From NCBI RefSeq assembly GCF_001194135.2, contig NC_068989.1:65010379-65066073 (forward strand): DNA of 55,695 nt, given 5' to 3'. Below, in pieces: positions 1-13,370 of the stretch. Origin of the DNA: Octopus bimaculoides. Taxonomy: Eukaryota. The translations under genes were made by a program, and so were the position numbers. The notes under the pieces were generated by a model. It saw only the letters and a list, made by a program, of their open reading frames with translations, made no database searches and was not told the DNA's origin. Each line of letters starts with the position of its first letter. Position 1 is the first letter of the stretch.

Positions 1-46
<46 letters not shown>
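1..46. repeat. (TG)n microsatellite
   Basis: Perfect TG dinucleotide run at the window start. Confidence 0.98.
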
Positions 47-47
<1 letters not shown>

Positions 48-300
48 CTGTCTGTGTGCGCGCGTGTATACAATGAAAAATGGTACTATACATGCACACA
101 CACACACACACACAAACATACGCACATGTGTACACGATGTAAAATGGGGCTGGAGAAATCAACTATGAAACCAATATTGTATCGGCTATTATTATGTAGA
201 GCTAAGTTGCCATTTCACATAGAAACAATGATTATGAATCTAGGAAGCGTAAAATCCACACTAATACCAAACCAACTCTAGATAAGAATACGGGATGCAT

Positions 301-400
301 GCAGATGTAACTGTGTGTTTAAGGAATTCGCTTTGCTACCATGTGGCACCTTCGGCAAATATTTTATGCTATAGCCTCGTGTTGACCGAGAACTTGGAAC
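301..400 (+). mobile_element. Decayed 5' part of tRNA-derived SINE family A
   Basis: ctgtgtgtttaagg...gtggcaccttcggcaaat...ctatagcctcg...gaccga matches the reverse complement of the copies at 21694-22210 and 47275-47512, with an internal deletion. Confidence 0.65.
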
Positions 401-544
401 TTGCGATATTTGTTCTGCATTAAAATGACAGACACCTCATCTTTGCCCTTGTTGTCAGAAGTCCAGTGCAATAGATTGAAATTTTGGAAATTTTTAACTA
501 ACGACTGTATTGAGCAAAAACTACTATAGTATAAGAGTAACAGC

Positions 545-562
545 AGTTACAACAACAACAAC

Positions 563-610
<48 letters not shown>

Positions 611-636
611 TAATAATAATAATAAATATAAAAATG

Positions 637-699
<63 letters not shown>

Positions 700-772
700 T
701 AAATAATGATACGACGACGACGACGACGACGACGACGAAGAAGAAGAAGAAGAAGAAGAAGAAGAAGAAGAA
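545..772. repeat. Compound trinucleotide microsatellite (ACA)n-(AAT)n-(GAC)n-(GAA)n
   Basis: Directly visible; explains the poly-T/I/N/K ORF 510-791. Confidence 0.97.
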
Positions 773-844
773 TGATACTGAAAAATATTAGTTATATGTG
801 GATGTAAACACTCAATTTTCTAAAAATAATAATTCGCATTTATC

Positions 845-1020
845 GAAGAAAATAAGCTAATTTGTTTTAAATATTTCACATTAATCAAAATAAGATTAAC
901 TAATTTGTTTGCAGTTATTCTTAAATATTAATCAAACCAAGATAAGCTGATTTGTTTTAAATAATTCATAGTAATCAAAAACACGATAACCTAATTCGTT
1001 TTAAATAATTCATATTTTTA
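845..1020. repeat. Degenerate minisatellite, about 4 units of about 43-47 bp
   Basis: Unit approximately aagataagctaatttgttttaaataattcatattaatcaaa, recurring four times with indels. Confidence 0.75.
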
Positions 1021-1655
1021 TATTTGTACAGAAAGCAGCGTAATGTATGGGAAAAATACATGACTAACTTACATTAATTATTTGTTGTGTCATCTTTGGG
1101 TACGATAAAATTTCCCTGGCCAGTACTGAGCAAATCCCGTTACGCTTATAGTAAGTATAGTAATAAGAGATGAGACTGATCTTGGAGAAAAATCTAAAAT
1201 ACAAACTAAACAGCAGGAGTGGAAGAAATAAACAATTTATTTATTTATTTATTTATTTTTCCGAATCTAGGACAGTCAAGGATGATGCGTTCTCCTTAAG
1301 TTCATACCGGAAAGAAATGGATAGTTGTCAAAGAAACAGTTTCGGAAGAGAGGTTTCGATATCGTCTTGAGAGCATTCGATCACCTATTACCTCGCTTGA
1401 TGCGTTGAGTCATGCGAAAGAAAGAGAATGAAGTGGCGTGGAAGATAACTATAATTCGGTGTGAGATGAATATGAGCAATGAGCTTTAAGAAAGGAAATT
1501 AACGATGACTGTGGCTACCATACAGCATTGCAAACCACTTGAATAATTTAGATCTAGCATTTAGTTAAATAATAATATTTCAATGAATTTTTCAAATACA
1601 GTCCCATAGTTTTTTCTTATTTAATTTTCTCAACTATGATACCTTTCATTGTAGA

Positions 1656-1858
<203 letters not shown>

Positions 1859-4007
1859 GTTCATTGTTTCTGTCTTTCTTTTGCCTCCCGAATTTCCATT
1901 TTCCATATTCTTTCCTGACATTCTTTGAATTAGTTTTTCTGCTATTCGTTTCTGTTGCCTTTCTTCTTTCTTTTTATTTTCTTTATTTAAACTCCAACCA
2001 CATCCACGACGCCTTCTCTCCCTATCTCTCATACACACTCTACCGTTCAATGCACTTGACATTATTAACACTTTAACGACTGAAGTCGAAGAAAATATCC
2101 AAAATACAACAATCCAAAAAGCCTACCATCTCAACGAAATACACTTCTAATATCGTGATTAATTGGTAGCACGTTACTTGGTCCAATACGGGATGGTAAG
2201 GGATGTTAGAAGAATTTAAAACGCGAGAACGTCTTAAGAAATCCATATTATATTAACACTCAAGAGCTGACAGTTTCCTGCGTTAGCACTCCCCCTCGAG
2301 TCGCTCGGCTACTTCTGCTAAACATTAATACATACATACATATATGCGTACATGCATACATACACACATATATACATACATGCATATGTACATATACGCA
2401 TATATATATTTATATATATATGTATATNNNNNNNNNNATATATATATATATATATACATATATATACGTACATATAAATGCATGTGTATACATATATATG
2501 TTTTCTGAACCTGATAAAAATATCAGCAGATTTGTCCTGAAATTACACATTAACAGCTTTAAAATAAATTGACACATTTGATAATATAGTCATGGTCGGA
2601 ATGTCTAAGCTAGAAGCAGTCATTACTTCAATGACTGGAAATGTCAATTTCATCAAGAATGTCCTGTAAGTTGAGGTAAACTAGAAGAAACTTCTTTAAC
2701 CATGTACTATAATAAAGGACATAAACATACAAAGTCACATTTCGAACATGATCCTTGAATTTAAAATTATCTCCCCATAATATGCGAAATAAATGCTCAC
2801 ATCACACACATATATGTATATATTTATGTCAGAAGAAAGTGTTACTAATATGGGATTAGCAATCCGGACAAAATACTTCTGAAGAACTCTTCTGATACAA
2901 ATAAACTAAGCTAATAAAACATTCCTGAGTCTCATTCAATTCCAGATAATTTGAAGTCGAGATTCAAAGACAAATTCCTTCACCAGCCGATTTTTAAAAT
3001 CCATTGTTGCATTACTAAGTTAATATGGTATGTTTTCACGTAATGATGTATACGAAAAAGTTTTAAAATATGTACTTTTATACAAATATTTGTACATTAT
3101 AGACTTACAACTGTTTGTGATGAGAAAATTAGGCCCGTAGAATACTTTCGTATAGCATTCTAAGGCTTGTTTACTATGTTTTCAAAAGAGCAGTAGCTCG
3201 ATTGAGTAGACGAACCATGATCACACATCAAACATTTCTCCATTTCACTCACCTGGGAAAAATTGGTATTACTGCGACAGACCAGTGTTTCGGAAAGTCC
3301 AGTATGTATATATCATAGAAACCTGCGAGCTGGTCCTATGACTCTATATGATTCATGAAGAAGTTTTATCCTTTATCCACACACACACATATATAAATTC
3401 ATAGGCATATATAAATATGTACGTATATATGTATGCATGTATAGACATGTGTGTGCAGGCGTATACATGTATATAAACACACGCACACACAATACACACA
3501 CTTACACACGACAATAAACACACTCACACACACACACATATATCTATATATATGCATATATATTTATACAGACATTCGTATAGATTCGATGCATATCAAA
3601 ATATATTAAATTACGTTATCTATGAATAGATAAGTTCAAATTCATTGATCAAGTTAAAATCGCGCTGTATCCCTTTCATGGTATCTTAGGGAAACAAGCA
3701 CTTTCTTTTTCTTTGTTTAACTTACTTACCTGCTGGACTAAGCAACAAGATTTCTGGGAAATTAGCCAATATGACTGATCACCCATTCATCATCTCTGAT
3801 CATGTATCATCAATCAATTGTCTCTATGACAGCAAAGTGCAGGATACACGTTTTATATATATTCATACAAACGTACATACATACATACATACATATGAAT
3901 ACATACATACATACATACATATATACAAATATATATGTATGTATGCATGTATGTATGTATGTATGTATGTATGTATGTATGTANNNNNNNNNNNNNNNNN
4001 NNNNNNN

Positions 4008-4195
4008 TTATTGCATTTCGGCACGTTTCGCGTACTAGGAATTCAAATAATTAAAGGAAGGAAATCTACCATATATATATATATACATGGATGTAGATGG
4101 ACACCTAATTCTTTATTGCATTTCGGCACGTTTCGCGTACTAGGAATTCAAATAATTAAAGGAAGGAAATCTACCATATATATATATATACATGG
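4008..4195. repeat. Exact tandem duplication with 105-bp period, next to an N-gap
   Basis: ttattgcatttcggcacgtttcgcgtactagg...tacatgg occurs at 4008 and 4113 with identical sequence; it may be a contig-overlap artefact. Confidence 0.85.
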
Positions 4196-4599
4196 TATAC
4201 TCACATACTCACACATACACACATACGCTTACATGTAAACCTATTCAAACTCGATAATATTCGTATATACATGTAGACAATGAGATATATTACAATAAGA
4301 CGAAGCTTCAGATCAACCAAAATATACGCATATACATATGAGCCTGTGTAGATGTATGTATACATGTGCGTATAACCACACAAATACGCATGTATAGCGC
4401 AGTATTGATATATGTGTGCATATTCATATAGATGTCTATGCATATCTACCTATCTCTCTCTTTCCACGCAAACACATGTAAGAATACATATATGTGTGTC
4501 CATAGAAAGATATTGTGTGACCATGACAGAGGAAGTTGTAAGATTGATACACACACACACATAAATATATATATATACATATATATATANNNNNNNNNN

Positions 4600-4636
<37 letters not shown>

Positions 4637-5171
4637 ACGTTTAGGGAGATTAGGGTGCAATGTAATGAACTTACAAATCTCTATTTCCAATTGTTGTTTT
4701 GATGGCGGACAAAAGGTTAGACTGAGGTTACGGAACCCAAAACCCGTGAAAGATCAACAGGTTAAAGGCAAATATAAGATGTTAACTAGGGAATACTAGA
4801 TGCGATTTTAGAGCATCTCACTCTTTATTTACATATGTGTGCATGTGCTTGTGAAAAATAATGTTGTACACTTACATTCATACGTTCGCATATGTATAAA
4901 TCAATGCACATCTATATGCATACACGTATATATGTGAATATATAATAAATATATAATATATATATATATATATATTTACATCGGTGTGTGTGTGTGTGTG
5001 TGTGTGTGTGTATCTGTGTATATTAGCTTATAGTTGCTTAGCTGTTTCAGGCAACAATTAAGGCCTCGCTGGGGCACCGCCTGGAATAAATCTTAGTAGA
5101 ATGTGTGCGTGTATGCATGTATTTGTGTATATAGATATATATGTGTGTGTGTGTTTGCGTATATGTGTACG

Positions 5172-5221
<50 letters not shown>

Positions 5222-5342
5222 TATTTATTTATATATATATATATGTATATATACATGTATATATGTATGTATATACATAATATACATACACACACACACT
5301 CACACATCCACACACACATACACACAGGCACACATATATAAA

Positions 5343-6194
5343 CAGGGTGTCCCGAAATTAAGCCAACCGAAGTTTCAGGTTTTAATAACTATCAATAAAT
5401 ATTATAAGATATGAAAATTATACATCATTATAAAAGCTTAGTCTGTCTTCTTTTTGTTTCAGACTAAATAAATTCAGATTTAAAAATTAGGCAATCGTCA
5501 GATTTAAAAATTAGGCAATCGCTATAGACCTAAATACAATGATAACCCTTCTCAAAGGAGGTGAAGGTAATATGGCTATAGCAAAAAGGCATAAAATTAA
5601 CCGAAGAACAGTCTGGAAAACTGTCAAGAATTTACATGTGACTGGTTCCAGCGTTGATCGATGGAGACGTGACCGAAACGAAGTGTACAAACCCCTCGGT
5701 TTATCAAACGTACCAGAGATAAGTTACGGCGAAATCGACGTCGTTCCGTCAGGAAACTGGCTGCCACAGTAAAAATAAGCCGAATATTGTTGTGTCGAGT
5801 GCTAAACGAGGATGTCAGGACCCGTCCCAACAAGATAATTGGCTGTCATGAGCTCACGCAAGTTTATAAGGCCATGAGACTAGAAAGAAGTCCATAAGAC
5901 TGGGATCTTGCGCTTGTTCCATTTTGGAGGCGCTCCCAGGGCAAAACTTTGCTTCTATTATACAAGAACAACTGCGTACCGCGTGTGAAACATTCACACC
6001 TTGGCATAACGCTGTAAATCGAAATAGATGTGGTCATATCGAATAAATGTTGAAGTGTTGTAATTGTGTTTCTTTTACCGTTGCGTTGCAACGCTCTGAC
6101 CAGAAATATAACGATATTCTGCTTTGGCAAAACTGAAAAAGTTGGTTAACTCTTTTTTTTTTTTTNNNNNNNNNNGGGGGGGGGGTCACCTTAT
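5343..6194 (+). mobile_element. Internally deleted Tc1/mariner-superfamily DNA transposon (maT/DD37D-like)
   Basis: Left end cagggtgtcccgaaattaagccaacc; degenerate right end aaactgaaaaagttggttaac...ggggtcacctta. HTH-type N-terminus MITLLKGGEGNMAIAKRHKINRRTVWKTVK, then after a frameshift SVQTPRFIKRTRDKLRRNRRRSVRKLAATVKISR. C-terminus SILEA...EQLRTACETF...GHIE* ends at 6046. The catalytic DD core is missing. Confidence 0.8.
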
Positions 6195-6399
6195 GTATAT
6201 ATGTAAGTATGTATGTATTATGTACGTAAGTATGTAGATAAAACTTACTTGGAAAAAGATGCGTGGCGTTCGATCATATGCGTGGCGCTCGATTATACAT
6301 ACTATATAGATATATGCATATATCCATACATATATGTACATACCTACACATATATGTATATATACATGCATATATGGGTACAGGCCATAAAAAAAAATC

Positions 6400-6847
6400 G
6401 TTAAACACAATGAGAAACGAAAACATAAAAATGAAAACATAGAAAACGAACTTTTTTCGAACAACGAAAAAAAACAGAGAAACGAGACGTGCAACATAAA
6501 AAGTATACCCCTTCATCAGTTGTCCCTGTTTCATCTACTCCGCGTTTCGAAGAGAAGGACAATACGCGACTTCGTTGAAACAGTCCTTCCCGCAAAGCAA
6601 ATCAAATAAAATTTGAGATTTTTTTTGCGGAGGGTGAAAGTGTTAACAAGAACAGGACAGTGAGAACAAGATAGTAAAAACAAACGGTGAGGGCTGTTGA
6701 GCCAAGACAATAAAAAATTATTACGAATGCTAGGTTGACGAGCCACGAGAGGAAACAGGAAAAGGCACGTCTTTTCTTTAGGAAAGAAGTGGACAGAAAG
6801 AGAGATCCCCCTTCGTCACGTGTCAGCGACGAGAGAGTCAAGGAGGA

Positions 6848-6889
<42 letters not shown>

Positions 6890-6972
6890 NNNNNNNNNNN
6901 NNNNNNNNNNNNNNNNNNNNNNNNNNNNNNNNNNNNNNNNNNNNNNNNNNNNNNNNNNNNNNNNNNNNNNNN

Positions 6973-7022
<50 letters not shown>

Positions 7023-7170
7023 ACGGTGAAAGGGAGAGAAGAATAAGGAACGGGTTGGAGAGAAAAACAGAAAGGATGAAGAACAAGAGAGGGAGAGAGA
7101 TAGACAACGAAAACACAGAAACGAGATGTATCCATGTGTCACTAACGAAGGCCGTGTATAGTAACCTTTA
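6400..7170. repeat. Unclassified purine-rich interspersed-repeat-like segment with (GA)n and an N-gap
   Basis: A/G-rich segment with scattered hammerhead-like half-cores (ctgatgaagggg on minus near 6507-6518; cgaaacgcgg on minus near 6540). Classification uncertain. Confidence 0.35.
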
Positions 7171-7171
7171 A

Positions 7172-7560
7172 GAAGAAGAAACAAGATGTTGATCTCTCGA
7201 CATAGCAGTGCCAGGAGATCAACATATTATCACTAAAGAAGGAGAAAAGATTAATAAATATGGAGACCTGAGAATTGAGATCGTCACGATGTGGTAGCTA
7301 CGAGAGTCAAGTATAAAATTTCTCCCTATTGTCATCGGAGCATTGGGTTCAACGCCACTCAACCTGTAAAAAAAGCTGGAAACTTTAGAAATACCCTACA
7401 ATCAAGGTGTATTGCAAAAACCGGCATTACATGGAACTGCATGCATATTGCCTAAAGTACTCTCTGCCTGAGGTCCTTGTGGTGATTTGACAGGCAGTAC
7501 AAACCTCCTGTAGACACAATATCTTCAATTAACAACATCACGTTACTGGATACTGTGCGA
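7172..7560 (+). mobile_element. 3' fragment of RLE-type (R4/Dong-like) non-LTR retrotransposon, family C
   Basis: Translates to ...DIAVPGDQHIITKEGEKINKYGDLRIEIVTMW*...PIVIGALG...LQKPALHGTACILPKVLSA*, followed by the 3' UTR ggtccttgtggtgatttgacaggcagtacaaac; homologous to 15232-15680 and 28491-29510. Confidence 0.88.
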
Positions 7561-10500
7561 CAGAGGCCTTATACAGCTAGAAAACTATTACAAAATAATC
7601 ACCATATGATTTCGGGAATACCTTGTTCAGAAGCAAGCAAAACTGGTAGAAATCGTCAAAAAACGCGAACAAAACAAAAAGCTGTTTTCTGCCTTATAGG
7701 AAACTAACAAATACAAAAAGGTAGTCATAGTACCTGACGACTTTGAAGAAAAAGAAGAAATTGACAAAAGCTATAAAACAACTGAAATCCCAACTAAAAC
7801 TGGATAAAACTTTCATCTTACCTACACGAAGAGGTAATCCAACGAAGACAAATCTAACTGGCGTTTTAATGCTGATGAATAGATGCAGATTAAATTATTG
7901 TAATCAACATCTTCTTTTATTTACCATCGAAGGAAGGTTACAACAAAAATTATTTAGTGAGCATATGGCATACAATAATCAGTATTGATATGTTTCGAGT
8001 CCATCCCAACTAGTCTGACTGTTTCTTCTAAAGATAGCATCAATGGCAGTAACGTGTCTCTTATATAATCATCCACGTTATTTCAAAGAGTAAGTCTTTC
8101 AGTTGATCGTGAAATTTTTCAAAAGTCGTCAGAATAACTACACCTGCGCGCGCGCACTTAAACAAAAATTGGAAACCTTGTGGCAAAATAAGAAACAATA
8201 GTGAGTAGTAGATTGGCAGCATCGCTAGAATGATGGGCAAAATGTCTTGTGCAGTTTCTTCCATCTCTCCACGTTTTAAGTCAAAATTGTGTCGTGTCCA
8301 GCTTTGCTTTTCATTCATTCAATTTTGATGAAATAAAGTTCCAGTGACGCTTTTGTTAGAGAAAAAGATTACGTTTTAATAGTAATAATAATATATTTAT
8401 ATTCTATTAAATATGAACGAAATCTAATTACTGGAACCGGTCTATGACTTTAAAGTAAAGTAGATTTGATTAAAAGATTTTTTTTTATTTTGTTTATAGA
8501 AAATATTTCACACAAAATACGTGAAATTTCTATCGAGGTTATCTTCTGAAAGTCTTCGGTTCCCCACTTCTCATAATATCCGTAGACTGTGTAACATATT
8601 TACGCCTAAGTATTGACATTAATAATTCTGTTTTCACTTTCGTATTTCAGAATCTGGACAGTATTCATTACACATGTTACTCTTCACATGTTGGTATCTT
8701 TGGAAGTATACTTTTGATGCCATGGGTTATATCAGGAAATATGGAGTACATACAGTAATTATGAAGTAACTCTTATTAAATTTCTTGATGCTTATACAAT
8801 ATGATGAAATAAATAAATCCAAAAAGAAAAATTATTTATTATCTTAAAGTATAAGAAATTTCTCATCTGTGAAGATCTTACTGCTCTGTCATTTACTTCG
8901 CTCCTTCACCCCCACCCGGTCCGTTATTTCTCACTGCATTTCTTTTTTTTTAACTTTCTCTGTACTCCTCTTTCTCTATACCATGTATAGCGTGACTAGA
9001 GAATCAATCAATCTACTAACCCACTAAGCAACCGAGCAACCAAACAAGCTACCAAGCAACTAAGAAACCAACTAATATTTCTAAATGCTAAAATTTTATA
9101 GAGATTCTCAAGTTTAGATAATTTGGCAATTCGTATAATAGATTTGTCAGATTTGTTTAATCATGGCATATATTTGGAAGCTAGCTAAATTCATAAGCAG
9201 GCTTTCTTCGATTGACCCGCTGGGTAGAATCCTTTGCAAATCGTTTCATATAATCGATAAAGATTAAATGGTTATAATTTATACTTAACATTTTAAACTA
9301 TTGTGGTTTTATTCAGGATATCTGTAATCAGGATGTGATCTGGACAGAAAAGTAGTGGAGCCTAAAGAGTCTCCTTCAAACGTTGTTCTTACGGACACAG
9401 AGCTGGGGTTTATTAATTTTCTCTTTGCCTTGTAGCAACGTGGTTGTTTTCTATTTTGACATTGCATGGTTGGAATATAGTTCTTTGAGAATGATATGAA
9501 ATGTATTTCAATCTACGCCATGCTCCGTTTTTGTTCTCCTATGCACAGGTATTCCCTCTTTATAAACATACTGCATTTCCTGGCATCATTTCTTTTTCTA
9601 TGGTTCGATGATATTGCTTTCCAGGTGAACAGAATAAGTATTATAAATATGTAAGAGTTTTGCTGGTTATAGTCACACAATTTACAGTTTCTTTTAGTAG
9701 AGTCTCTCTTACTTTCATTCCCTTTTGTAATCATTATTGTTTTTCTCTTCATCCTACCACTTCAGTGAATGCTGCTGCTACAGATTCATGAATACTGGTT
9801 TGATTCTTCGACCAGAAAAAAGAAGAATTTCTCTGTCTTGAGGATTTCCAATTCCTTGCATCTTTCACCGTGTTGCTAACTTCCTATATATGGTGGGCCT
9901 TGTACGTGTTATTCTAATTTCATTGTTAGCTTTTCCTTTCTTATTCACCATGCTCATATCAACACATGAACGCTTAACGTTCCATTGATGTTGGTATGAC
10001 GTCCAGTGTTATGTCTCTTTTTTGTTAATAGCATTGCATGATGTTTTGCTACTACATCAAGTACCTTGTTCTCCAGTAAGAACTCGCATTTATCAAAGTG
10101 CCTTGTCCTGCAAGCTCCTTTGCTGATAAGATTTGCTTAAGCCTTTCTTTTACTTGTAGAGTTTCTTGCTTTTATTTCTGTTACATTAATCCTATTGGAC
10201 TCTTTCTTTTTGTTTTGCTGAGTAAAGAGAGATCTTACCGGTTTGGGTTTTAATTTTATATAATATATTTTGTGCATACGTTTGTACTTAGATCTGGCTG
10301 AGCAGGGTATGAATGAGATAGGATAAAACCCTGCTTCCTCCATTGCTACTGCAACTACTTGATCGAATAGATCACTGAAGCTGTCGATATTCTGATAGTT
10401 TGTTTGTGAATCCCACAATACATATCTATTGCTCCTGGGGTTTTCCTTGATCCATGCGAATCAATTTTGTTCTTTTCTGCTTTCTTTAGTGTTTCTGTTA

Positions 10501-11199
10501 AAGTGCCTTCAATGTTAACTCTAGTTGATCTTCTGATATGTTTTATTCTGTTAATTATTAACATTGTTGTCGAGAACATATGCCTGTTGTGACTGGATAT
10601 TTGGTTGGATATTTCCGAGGAGATTTGTAAAATCCTCCTCATTAATTTGGTACTTGCTTCTATTTTTCTCTGAACTTATTTCATTTTGCTTTAATAGTTT
10701 GATTTTCGCTCCTTGCGAAAACTTTTGCTATTTTCATTTTACTTTGAGGGATTTTACATACTGTATGATGATGTTTTTGTTGGTTTTAATCTCTTTTCAA
10801 GTGGTTTAGTGTTTTTATCTGGTCAAATCTCTTGCAAACCATACATTGATTTATGGGGCTTTACTGTTTGTGTATAGCTGTATGTTTTAATTTCAATTTT
10901 ATTTCTAATGTATTTCTCCTACGAGTTTTTCTTTCTCTTTCTCTATCTAGTATATATTTAGTATCTATTCATTGTTTGACATGTATCTCCGTTCGTTCGC
11001 AGATGTGCTCGTATTATATTTCCTTACATATTTTGTTCTTCACAACTATTTCATAAAGCATAATTGTGCTGGATATAGTACCGTTGTAAATATGCTTGTA
11101 TCAGTTGAACGCATGCTCATTTGCCCAACATACTCTTTTATATTTATATTGGGGACTTTTAGCAATACGATGTGAAGAATTTTTGCGCAAAAATAAAAC

Positions 11200-11700
11200 C
11201 TTTGAGAAGTCACTGTTTCTAGCGTATTCAAAACTTTCATTTCATATCGATCTCGCATTCAATGCAGAGATAATCATTAAATATTCCAAGTCGACGGATA
11301 TTGGTTGTATTGCTGTCTATTTAATGATGGATACAGATGATCTATTTTTTAATAGTGTTGGCTTTATTTTAAGTTGGTTCGTTTGTTTTGTCCCTGTTCC
11401 GCTGCTTACTTGTTCGCTATTTCCACGCTGCTTGTATGTTATTTAAACAATATATTTTGTGCGTAATAATCACGTTTGTCACGGCTGAAATATCTTTCCT
11501 CACATATCCGTTAGATGAGGGTTTGCCGAGAGTTTAGCAGCGACCACTACTTATATTTTGTTTGATATCTCACACGCTTCTACTTCGAGTTCTAATATGA
11601 TTTCGTGTTATCTACGTTAACTTTATTAGCGTCCAATGTATGTCTGTCGTATGGAATTTCTCTTTCAGTTCAATCACAGCTCCTTCATATCTCAGGAATT
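11200..11700 (-). pseudogene. Possible highly decayed APE-endonuclease remnant of a LINE
   Basis: Broken minus-strand reading LEVEACEISNKI*VVVAA...NVIITH...KPTLLKNRSSVSIIK*T loosely follows APE motif spacing; many stops. Confidence 0.3.
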
Positions 11701-12374
11701 ATTTTGGAAATTTTAATATCAGTTAGGTTAGTGTGCGGGGTATAAACGTTATGATCAAGAGCATCCTAAGTTTTTTATTTTGCAATCTTTCTTATAATCT
11801 ACAGTTATTTTTTTCTCTTATCATTCGTGAAAAAATTAACGATCATTTACCGTGTCCATAGATTCGTAATCATGCAATGACTAGCAACCTTAAACATTTG
11901 TTTCCTTATTTTCAAGTAAAATACATAGAGCTCATATTAGCTTTAAGATGATCTATTTCATGACATGAGGATAATTGATGGACTTTCATATTTATTCTAT
12001 ATAGTTTTAGATGTTACTAATTCATTGAAACAGTACAGTTAGAGCAATTCGGACGTTTGTTGCATCTAACGTTTTTTATATATATTGTCTCGCATTTTAA
12101 ACACAATTTATATTTGAATAAATAGCTTATCGAATTATTTTTCTCTCTAATGTCTAAATGTTTTCCCGGTATTGCCTCTGACATATCTGACTTCTTACAC
12201 TGAAACCACAGTTCACTTACTTTCATTTCTAACATGAAAATCTATTACATAATTCATTTACAATAACTTGGTCTATGAATAGTGTATACCATTATACTGA
12301 TATTAAGAGCAGATGAATTTTCAATGAGAGCCAAGTTCAAATTAGAGCAAGCAACAAAAACGAAAAATCATTTA

Positions 12375-12600
12375 TAGGCGCAGATATAGTGGCCAAGTTA
12401 AGACGTTCGCTACACTTAAAGGTAGTTCTGTATTCGATCTTTCTACGAAGCAGCTTAAATGGATATGGCGTCTATTGCATTGGCTAATGCCTTGTAAGTG
12501 AAATTTAGACGAGCTCCGTAGGATAATTACTGGGTTCGATACACCTGGCGAAAATCCTTGAAAGCAATACTGCTCCAGTACAATGATGGAATGAAAGAAT
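12375..12600 (+). mobile_element. Old decayed copy of SINE family A
   Basis: tRNA-like head (gcgcagatatagtggccaagttaag...ttcgatc), middle aatgccttgtaagtgaaattt, and tail-like ccttgaaagcaatactgctccagtac. Confidence 0.45.
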
Positions 12601-13099
12601 CGTTTGGGGGTTCTCTATAAAAATAGAAAATTACTTTGGGGCAATTGAAATGCTATTTATGATTCTCGTACACATGATGACTTCTAAAGAAGAACATATT
12701 TACAAGTTATAAATCAAATGCGATATAAACAAGCCGTATCGTTCCAAAATAATTGTAGATTTGAGTATTTATTTTGTGGTATTTTTGTGAAAGAGAGCTC
12801 AGGGATATTGCTATTAGTTCGAAAATGACCCTTCCTCAGAGAGTAATTGTTTTTGACCATCTTTCTTATCCGAATAAATGAAGAAGTAAATCTATTAATT
12901 AATAATTAGGCTCTTTAACAACTGATACTATTGTGTTTTGGAGACAATGAAGTCTTCTACGTAACATACGATGTAAAATATCAATATTAATATTTCAGCA
13001 GCCATATTGCGATTGTGTTTCACTGCTCAATTGAGCGCAGATCTCTACACTATAGGCTGTGCAGCTTATATTTTCTTATAATAAAATGTTCTTAATATT

Positions 13100-13370
13100 T
13101 ATATCTACAACACATATTGATACTGTGTCCATATTTACAATGGTTCTAGCAGACGATGTAATATCGGTTGTCAAAGCCAGACTAGAAAATTACTAAAGTC
13201 TTCATGAAATTATCAAATGTTAATGTCATGAAGCTGTTAAAATTCTACCTATGAAAGTTAATTTCCAAATTGACAATGATATTTACCAATATATTGAATA
13301 TATGGCGCTGGGTTCACATTTATCACAAATTATGGCAGATGTCTTCAAGGAATATTTAGAAATCTTATCT
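13100..13370 (+). pseudogene. Decayed Penelope-like element reverse transcriptase fragment
   Basis: DTVSIFTMV...VISVVKARL...KVNFQIDNDIYQYIEYMALGSHLSQIMADVFKEYLE follows the PLE RT pattern DVxSLFTNVP...FxFNxxxYxQxxGxAMGSPLSPxxAxxFMExLE. Confidence 0.72.

Noticed and set aside
4008-4195. 105-bp exact duplication as a biological tandem repeat
   Set aside because: Identical copies directly beside an N-gap suggest a scaffolding overlap; needs long reads.
7600-8330. ORFs 7743-7988 (+) and 8061-8318 (-) as genes
   Set aside because: No motifs recognised, multiple stops in adjacent frames, no clear splice context.
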